NCBI GenBank assembly: GCA_032128875.1
Contig: JAVLKG010000002.1
Span: 1,056,001 to 1,120,000, forward strand
Direction: 5' to 3'
Origin: Candidatus Melainabacteria bacterium 17Bon1m
GTDB taxonomy: Bacteria > Cyanobacteriota > Vampirovibrionia > Obscuribacterales > Obscuribacteraceae
DNA: 64,000 nt
The translations under genes were made by a program, and so were the position numbers. Below, piece by piece: positions 57,255 to 64,000 of the stretch; position 1 is the stretch's first letter, and each line of letters opens with the position of its first letter. Under the pieces are notes generated by a model. That model searched no databases. It was given only the letters and a program-made list of their open reading frames with translations, and was not told the DNA's origin.

Positions 57255-58313
57255 TCAGATCTGCTTTGTGCCGCGGATGGCCATCATAAGTTCTAAAAGC
57301 AAACGCTTCATCTTGAGCACTTCGCTTGAAAGCTGATCGAGCATTGTTTGTCTGGTAGACAGAAGGTCAATAGTGATCGTTTTGGGAATGCTCTTAGTCC
57401 CGGTGACTAGATCGACCTGCCTTTCTGATGATCGGGAATTGAATGACGGCATGTTGTTGTCTTCAATCCATCTGTCGATTATCAGGTCTACGCGACGTTT
57501 TCCTGTTGGTTCGTTTGGAGGCACCGCTGCCAGAAAGTTCCACACGGAGTCAGGATATTCGCAATGCAAGCCGACCGGGCGATCGAAGAGTTTTGACAAC
57601 ATATTGGGCTCTTCTTTGTACGAGTATTTCTTGCCGGAGACCTGTCTCATTGCGTAGAAAGAAGCGAAAGATGGAATGACGCCGGCGAGCACACCTAAAA
57701 CACCAGAAGGTATTGATAGTATCGGTGCTTTGTATGTCGGTATGGCGATCGCTTCGCAAGCGGCCCAAAGTGCTCCATTTGTCCCGAACGATACAGCGTT
57801 TGTAATTGCGACTGCGCGATCTCTTTCAGCGGTCATGTGCTGAAGCATATCGGCATACAGACTTTGCTCTTCGAGAATTTGTGCTTCGACGTAATCGACT
57901 TCTAGGTCTGCTTGGGTAATTAATTCGAGAGCCTCATGGCGGGCTTCACTGAGAGCGAGCCTGATTGCAGAAGTGTCTGCATCGCTGCTATTTCCTCGAT
58001 CCTTTAGCTGCGCTCTTAATGATTGAACTTGTTGCAAAACTGGGTTTAGTCCGAGCTGATCGCCTAGTGCCACCGCTTCTGGTGACATGCTCGAACTATG
58101 TAAATCAATTTTGACTTGAAGGATTTTTCCAGGAACATGCACGGAGTTTGGCATGGCCGGTGAGGATGACGATGTAGATGCGATAGCAAATTGAGAATTG
58201 CCGAAAATCAACGCCGCAAACGAGAGTGCAAATAGCCGTTGAAGCCCTCTTGCCGAACCCATCAGATTTCCTTCTGTTTTACCGAACTGCGACACTGCAT
58301 ATGACCTTCGCAC
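57255..58313 (-). CDS. Exported helical protein of unknown function (paralog of 36767-37783)
   Basis: Signal peptide; coiled coil; Gly-rich hydrophobic hairpin; YPDSVWNFL. Confidence 0.75.
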   Translation of the reverse strand: MRRSYAVSQFGKTEGNLMGSARGLQRLFALSFAALIFGNSQFAIASTSSSSPAMPNSVHVPGKILQVKIDLHSSSMSPEAVALGDQLGLNPVLQQVQSLRAQLKDRGNSSDADTSAIRLALSEARHEALELITQADLEVDYVEAQILEEQSLYADMLQHMTAERDRAVAITNAVSFGTNGALWAACEAIAIPTYKAPILSIPSGVLGVLAGVIPSFASFYAMRQVSGKKYSYKEEPNMLSKLFDRPVGLHCEYPDSVWNFLAAVPPNEPTGKRRVDLIIDRWIEDNNMPSFNSRSSERQVDLVTGTKSIPKTITIDLLSTRQTMLDQLSSEVLKMKRLLLELMMAIRGTKQI

Positions 58314-58488
58314 TCTGTATTTTAGAACAATCTTGCAATGACGGAAACCGGCTATGCATCTTATATACAGCCGGCTGTCGTTGGATTTTGTTTGACTATG
58401 GGAAGTAACCCGATCGTATGCGTCGACTTCTCATAGCGTTTGCGCGAAGCAACCTGGCACCGGTTTGCTTCTTTGCTCCTGGTCTGCT

Positions 58489-58528
58489 CTGTCACAACTC
58501 TGTCACTGGTCTGTCGCCGTTCTATCAC
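58489..58528 (+). promoter_or_regulatory. Four direct repeats at 11-bp period (Pho-box/OmpR-family-like site)
   Basis: CTGTCAC (58489), CTGTCAC (58500), CTGTCGC (58511), CTATCAC (58522). Confidence 0.6.
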
Positions 58529-58601
58529 GGATGGATTCTAACCTTTGAGCACTGGGCAAAGCATTTGCCCAGCCCCTAACTTTTTACGAGGCTTGAATGT
58601 C

Positions 58602-59534
58602 ATGGGCGATTGCAACTTAGTAGGCAAAAAAGATTGCGTAGAGAAAAAGACAGTCGATTCTTCTGCGGCACTTTCTCATGAGGTTCAGGCGATTCAATTA
58701 CCAGGGCGCCTTTTATCTGAACAGTATTCCGGCTACGGACATGGTGACTTCGCTTACAGTGCAAGTCGCTCTGGTTCAAGACCCGCAGAAACAGTAGCGT
58801 CTCAGACTTGTGCAACTGGGCAACTGGATTTTGAGAAAGATGATGTGTTTAGCAAGAAACCTCTGGAAAAGAAACTGTCAGGCGATAAACTTCAGAAAAT
58901 GGAACTAGACTATGCGCCTGTTCCAACGATTTACCCAATGGCAAATCAAATGTTCGATCGAGTCGATCGGAATCAAGATGCAACGATGTCCAGTCGCGAA
59001 ATAACACTCGCTCTGCATGGTGATGATCTAAATGCGAAAGAAAAGTACATGCTAGAGACGCTCAAGAAGAACAAAGAGCTAATCGACAATGACCGCAACG
59101 GCATTTCCATGCGGGATATTAAAGAGTTCGACGCAAAAATCACTCAGTACAACAATGAACTGGCAGTATCGAGGAAGTTTGCTCCGGAGACTGCAGACCT
59201 CGCTCGCGAACTGCACCAACATGGAAAAATGATCGACCAAAATCATGATGGAAAGTTCAGCAGAGAAGAACTTCAACAGTTTTATGCTCAGACTAAACAC
59301 GAGTTTTTACTGAAACCGACTGCCGAAGGAAAGCAGGAACTCCAGACCCTCGGTTGGGGGATTGCACACTTTGAGCGGTTTACAGGTCGTGCTAATGGTG
59401 GAGAAATAACTGCTCAATCGCTCCAGTTGCAGGCCCTACGCGAAATGGATCGCGAACTACCCCGAGGGTATCGTCAGAATTTTCTTTCTGCTAGCGACCG
59501 CTACCGCGTTGAAAGGTATCAACAGTCACGATAA
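58602..59534 (+). CDS. EF-hand-like Ca2+-binding protein
   Basis: DRNQDATMSSRE, DNDRNGISMRD, DQNHDGKFSREE; ATG 58602 after GAGG (ORF track opens at 58545). Confidence 0.7.
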   Translation: MGDCNLVGKKDCVEKKTVDSSAALSHEVQAIQLPGRLLSEQYSGYGHGDFAYSASRSGSRPAETVASQTCATGQLDFEKDDVFSKKPLEKKLSGDKLQKMELDYAPVPTIYPMANQMFDRVDRNQDATMSSREITLALHGDDLNAKEKYMLETLKKNKELIDNDRNGISMRDIKEFDAKITQYNNELAVSRKFAPETADLARELHQHGKMIDQNHDGKFSREELQQFYAQTKHEFLLKPTAEGKQELQTLGWGIAHFERFTGRANGGEITAQSLQLQALREMDRELPRGYRQNFLSASDRYRVERYQQSR

Positions 59535-59677
59535 GAGCCAGTATTGGTCGCGGAAATGTTTGAACTAGTACATTCAGGTGATGTCAGAAAGCCTGGGATG
59601 CATAATACTGGAAATACTCGCTGCATTTCTTGCGTAGTGCGCAGCTTACGCCGGAGTCATTCCAACAGGTATTTTCA

Positions 59678-60108
59678 ATGCGTGTTTTTATTTTGGAAGA
59701 CTGTGAAATTTTCAGGCTGTCGCTAACGCTTATCCTGGCGCAGGAAAGCGATATTGAGATTTAGGTGCAATAAACAGTAATTCCGAAGATGTCTGCGAGC
59801 GTATCTTGTCTGCCAATTGCGACGTCTTGCTAATTGGCTTACGGCTGAGGAATCGCAGTGGTCTTGAAATCGCACGTCGAATCAAGGAGAAAAATCCGGG
59901 CATTCCTATTCTGGCATTGGGTTTTTCCACTGATGTCGCTAATGTCGCTGAGATGAAGAAGTCCGGAATAAACGTCTTTGTGCCAATGCACTCCACTAAT
60001 GATTACATCACCAACAAAGTCAGAAATGCGCGCGAAAGTCTCGAGAGATGCGACTTCTCAGGCATGACTGGTTCTCCGCGTGTAAGTATCGTCCCAACCA
60101 ATCTTTAG
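59678..60108 (+). pseudogene. Frameshifted single-domain receiver (REC) protein lacking the phospho-Asp
   Basis: MRVFILEDCEIFRLSLTLILAQESDIEI* (59678-59764) continues in the -1 frame as LGAINSNSEDVCERILSANCDVLLIGLRL..SGLEIARRIK. Confidence 0.7.
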
Positions 60109-60210
60109 TTTGTCCTTGCTCGGCTCGACTGTTCATCCTTGATCAAGCGAAGCCGCAAGGAACCCAACGACGGAAGGTGTTCTGCGCCGCAACTAATTTG
60201 GTCCAGTGAG

Positions 60211-60420
60211 CTACGCTGCTGCCTTTTTGACCCACTTTCCATTGCGTTTTTCATAAGTCTTTTTTACTGCCGCCCAGGCAATCTTAAACGACGTCACCTC
60301 GTCCTCGCCATGATGCGTTTGGTAGGCGCTGTTGAACGCGTCTTTGAAGATCTTCTGGGCGTGCCGCGGTAGGTTGTTTTTCACAGGCGGCGGTAAATCA
60401 TCGATTGAAAGATATGGCAT
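60211..60420 (-). CDS. chaB: ChaB-family protein
   Basis: MPY..DLP..LPRHAQKIFKDAFNSA..AWAAVKK.Y.K..KW. Confidence 0.92.
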   Translation of the reverse strand: MPYLSIDDLPPPVKNNLPRHAQKIFKDAFNSAYQTHHGEDEVTSFKIAWAAVKKTYEKRNGKWVKKAAA

Positions 60421-60608
60421 AGCTTTCTCCTCAAATTCACCTTCACCTTGGGTCTGACGGCAGTTGCGATTCGAGGTTCCAAACCGTTACTCAGAGGTTA
60501 AGTTAGGCGCCCGTATACTTTCTTCAGGGAACTACCGGCTCATGTTCCGGTCATCACCGACTGGATAGTAAGTCGCGAACGCTCAAAAGATAAAAGAAAG
60601 GGGGCAGC

Positions 60609-61820
60609 ATGAAAGCAGTTGTATTCCATGGAGTCGGACATATCGTTGTAGATGAGGTCGACGACCCGAAGCTCGAGGCCCCGACGGACGCGATCATCAA
60701 AATCGTTACTAGTTCGATTTGCGGAACCGATTTGCACATGCTCAGAGGCACTATGACGGGTATGCGCTATGGCACTATACTCGGGCACGAAGCCGTGGGA
60801 ATAGTGGAAAAGGTGGGTCAGTCCGTAACTTCGGTGAAGCCAGGAGATCGAGTCGTGGTCTGCTCGACAATCGCATGTGGTGAATGCGTCTATTGTGAAG
60901 CCAAAGAGTACTCTTGCTGCGACCGATCTAACCCAAATGGACCTCAAGCCGGAACAGCTTTCTTCGGAGGACCGGAGGCGACCGGAGCCTTCAATGGACT
61001 GCAAGCTGAGCGCGCTCGAATTCCTTTCGCTGATTCTGTTTTGGTAAAGCTGAAGAAGTCCGTCTCCGACGCTGACGCATTACTTTGCTCTGACATTTTC
61101 CCCACAGGATACATGGGCGTTGAGATGGCTGACGTGAAGGAAGGGGACTATGTTGCTGTATTTGGCTGCGGACCTGTTGGTCAAATGGCTATTGCGGTAG
61201 CAAAGTACCTTGGTGCAAAAGAGGTCTTTGCCATTGACGTTTTGCCGGATCGATTAAAGGTTGCAAAACAGCAAGGAGCGATTCCAATCAATTTCGAAAA
61301 AGTAGACCCGGTAGAGCAACTCAGAAAGCTCACCAACGGCTATGGGCCTGATGCCGTCATAGATGCTGTGGGCATTGACGCTCAGCGTCCCCACAAAGGA
61401 CCTGCGACATCGATTGTCGGGGTCGTGGAGTCTGTTCTTGAGAAAACAGCCGGTGCACCATTAGCAGTGCTAACAGGAAACCATTGGCAGAAGGGCGATG
61501 GTCCAGAGCAGGTTCTGCAATGGTGCGTTGAAGCGGTTAGGAAGAGTGGCGTCATCTCTATAATCGGTGTCTATCCTGAGACGGAAGAGAACTTTCCGAT
61601 TGGCAAAGTAATGTCGAAAGCGCTTACCGTAAGAGCAGCTAATTGCAGTCATCGGAAATACATTCCGAAGTGCCTGAAGATGATGGAAGACACGCCTTTC
61701 CGCCCGTCGACGATCCTGACTGTTTTTGAAGGGCTCGAAAATGCTGTCGATTGCTACAAACACTTCGACAAACGTGAACCCGGCTGGTTGAAAGTCGAGT
61801 TGATTCCGGAAGCGGAATAG
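60609..61820 (+). CDS. Zn-dependent alcohol/formaldehyde dehydrogenase (MDR family)
   Basis: ICGTDLH, LGHE, CGECVYC..C, SDIFPTGY, GCGPVG. Confidence 0.93.
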   Translation: MKAVVFHGVGHIVVDEVDDPKLEAPTDAIIKIVTSSICGTDLHMLRGTMTGMRYGTILGHEAVGIVEKVGQSVTSVKPGDRVVVCSTIACGECVYCEAKEYSCCDRSNPNGPQAGTAFFGGPEATGAFNGLQAERARIPFADSVLVKLKKSVSDADALLCSDIFPTGYMGVEMADVKEGDYVAVFGCGPVGQMAIAVAKYLGAKEVFAIDVLPDRLKVAKQQGAIPINFEKVDPVEQLRKLTNGYGPDAVIDAVGIDAQRPHKGPATSIVGVVESVLEKTAGAPLAVLTGNHWQKGDGPEQVLQWCVEAVRKSGVISIIGVYPETEENFPIGKVMSKALTVRAANCSHRKYIPKCLKMMEDTPFRPSTILTVFEGLENAVDCYKHFDKREPGWLKVELIPEAE

Positions 61821-62212
61821 TGCTTTGCGCAAAGCGCCAGCTCGAAATTCGAGAAAGGTGGCCTTATCGAAGTCATTGCGAATTCCTTCCGTTGCAATTT
61901 CGACAGCAGAGCGCAAATCTCTTCGATTCAGCAGGTGCGCATAAGAGTTCTAAGCAATTGGAACAACCAGGAGACCAGCCTAAACTCCATTTTCCCTCTT
62001 TCACCACAATAGTGCGAGAAATGCGCCCGATTGCGACTCAAAAAGCCTCAACTGTTCACTTCTGTTTGACGTTCGGGTCTTTTAATCTCAAGTGTGCATT
62101 CAGGCAAGATGTATCCGAAACAACACAGGAAATTAAGTAAGGGTGAAGGAAAGCATGGTTGTCAAGCGGAGCGCTTATTATCGTAGCGTCAGTCCCTTCC
62201 CCAAACCGAAAA

Positions 62213-62797
62213 ATGGAAATAACAACAACTTTCTGGGTCTTCGTAATCCTGATCACAGTTGCTATCGTTACTATTGGATTCGATCGTGTTTTTCACAATA
62301 GAGAACGCCCGGCATTCGCACTCGGAATCTGGATATCAGCGATTGCTATTTGCGGCATGTTTCTTCTTTTTTCATTCCATTCTCAACTAAGTCACAAGGC
62401 AGCGCTGCTGACTTTCTTTGCCTTGTTGTTGATTGTCTTTGCAGGAAATCTTTTGGTTGATCAGAACAACATCGAAGATCAAGAATCTGGTCGTATGTCC
62501 CGCTACGGCACATGGTGGGATGGTTGGGAGGACAACTATTTTTCGAATATTGTGGATAAGTGGAAAACATGGGCTGCTATCGCCTTTGTCGGCGTCTTAA
62601 TGTTCAGCGTCGCTTTGAAAAATGACCCTGCCGATGGTGCCGCTGCACAGATGATCAATTCTTCGACGAACAGCAACAAAGTCGCTATCAAGAAGGTAGA
62701 GGCTAAAACCACGCACAATCAAGTTCATCATGCTCAGCCAACCAAGCAAAAGATGCACAACTCAAAACAGGAAGTTCATCAACGAAAAACTGATTAG
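62213..62797 (+). CDS. Hypothetical membrane protein
   Basis: About four hydrophobic segments and a basic tail; start chosen at ATG 62213. Confidence 0.6.
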   Translation: MEITTTFWVFVILITVAIVTIGFDRVFHNRERPAFALGIWISAIAICGMFLLFSFHSQLSHKAALLTFFALLLIVFAGNLLVDQNNIEDQESGRMSRYGTWWDGWEDNYFSNIVDKWKTWAAIAFVGVLMFSVALKNDPADGAAAQMINSSTNSNKVAIKKVEAKTTHNQVHHAQPTKQKMHNSKQEVHQRKTD

Positions 62798-62798
62798 T

Positions 62799-64000
62799 TT
62801 ACCTTGGTTCTTCCCACGAGATAATACGATAGTTAAGTACGGCATATCCACTGCCCGTTGAATTTTTCATTAAGCCAAACTGCGGTGCTGGAGCCATTCC
62901 CGAGCTCGATGGAGGTGCGGTATTAGTAGCGTTAGGATCATAAACTATAGATCTTGCACCAGCAATACTTCCAATTTTTTGAACGTTTACGTTGTTTCCA
63001 ACTAATGCTCCGTGGAAGCTGGAGTTTGCGCTTAAACCGACAGTGATAGAAGCATTAGGCGCGTAAACTAGTCCATACAAACTTGAGTTACTGCTCGTCG
63101 AGAAATTCAAAGTTTTTTGTCCGCTGTAAAACATCTGGAAATTATTTGGTGAGACTGTTGTACCGTTAAAGGAAACATTACCTTGAACGTCAATTGGTGT
63201 TGCAACGTCAGTGCTGCCTCTTACATAAAGGTTGACGCCACTCGATGAATCTGATGGCGTGGATTGAATGTTTAACGTGCCTCCATTTTCAATTGAAACG
63301 CTGTCAACGACATAACTTCCAGGTTGAATTGTTACTGTTTGCCCCGTTGGAACCTTCAAGCTACCTAAGTCTGTGACTTTTGCGCTGCTTGGCATAGATA
63401 CATCAGCGGGTTCTGTGATGGTGCCTGAGACTTGCGCTTCTTGTGTTGGTTGAGGCGTAACGACGGGTGCCATTTGAGTTAGTTTGCCAGAGTTGTCTAT
63501 AACACCTGCTGTTGGAGTACTTCCATATTGTCCATCTCCGTAAACGTTTCCACCAGTAGCGTCCGAAGTGAGTGGTGGTGTTGTGACAGTAGGATTCACA
63601 TCATTGATAGTTCCTGATGCCGAAACATTGCCTTTGACTATGGCATTGGTGGTGGCCTTAATGCTTGTCGGCGTGCCATTTGAAACAGGAGGGCTGTACG
63701 CATTAATAGAACCGTTTATGGTGCTAGCTCCATCAAGACTTATTAGACCATTGCTCCCGATATTGGCGCCGAGATTACTGCCTCCTTCGATTGATATATC
63801 AACACCGTCTCCTATTCGCAAAGTTGAGTTTGCCTGCAAGGCAGAGTTGGAGAAGAGTGTAGATGAAACAAGCGTGTTGCCAGATGATGGCGGGTATTCG
63901 GATGGAGAAGTATTTGGAGACAATGAAAATTCGGGTTTTAGTAGGACCCTGATTTTATGTGTGTATCCACCTTTTGCCGCACTAATTGTTAGGAATTTAT
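62799..64000 (-). CDS. Beta-rich PilX-like/adhesin-like protein (5' end outside the window)
   Basis: Frame stays open to the window edge (..FLTISAAKGGYTHKIRVLLKP..). PGSYVV, YGLVYAPNA, FHGALVG, IVYD and terminal IISWEE resemble PilX-like proteins. Confidence 0.55.
   Translation of the reverse strand, partial: KFLTISAAKGGYTHKIRVLLKPEFSLSPNTSPSEYPPSSGNTLVSSTLFSNSALQANSTLRIGDGVDISIEGGSNLGANIGSNGLISLDGASTINGSINAYSPPVSNGTPTSIKATTNAIVKGNVSASGTINDVNPTVTTPPLTSDATGGNVYGDGQYGSTPTAGVIDNSGKLTQMAPVVTPQPTQEAQVSGTITEPADVSMPSSAKVTDLGSLKVPTGQTVTIQPGSYVVDSVSIENGGTLNIQSTPSDSSSGVNLYVRGSTDVATPIDVQGNVSFNGTTVSPNNFQMFYSGQKTLNFSTSSNSSLYGLVYAPNASITVGLSANSSFHGALVGNNVNVQKIGSIAGARSIVYDPNATNTAPPSSSGMAPAPQFGLMKNSTGSGYAVLNYRIISWEEPR

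Noticed and set aside
61820-62140. 106-aa ORF after the dehydrogenase
   Set aside because: No motif or RBS support; probably intergenic.

Overview
Gene-dense chromosomal window (about 50 CDS). I recognised no rRNA, tRNA, CRISPR array, transposase or integrase. The organism is a diderm bacterium (TolC, Skp, lipoproteins). The style of its Zn-ribbon/GSPxYMSPEQC Ser/Thr kinases and the futalosine-pathway gene suggest a non-photosynthetic cyanobacterial relative (Melainabacteria/Vampirovibrionia); this is an inference. Housekeeping genes: glcD (partial), tatD, dprA, mqnE, a RimJ-like acetyltransferase, nurA, surE, a CorC/CNNM-family gene, rsmA, ispE, nth, an acyltransferase, a TolC-HlyD-ABC exporter, skp, rhodanese, chaB and a Zn-dependent dehydrogenase. 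Most notable: (1) two loci that join Ser/Thr kinase and two-component signalling, one with three tandem membrane kinases plus a NarL-type regulator and a soluble His kinase, the other with a REC-HTH-kinase fusion, a CPC-motif membrane protein and a His kinase whose phospho-His is replaced by Asn; (2) a 43-aa, 14-Cys metallothionein-like gene missing from the ORF track, with its own promoter and a palindrome over the -35 box; (3) a degenerate GGDEF-pseudokinase fusion translationally coupled to a nurA with no adjacent herA; (4) a disrupted 5' end and a leader ORF at the CorC-like gene; (5) a four-fold, 11-bp-phased Pho-box-like array. All family assignments are from motif recognition by eye, not from database searches.
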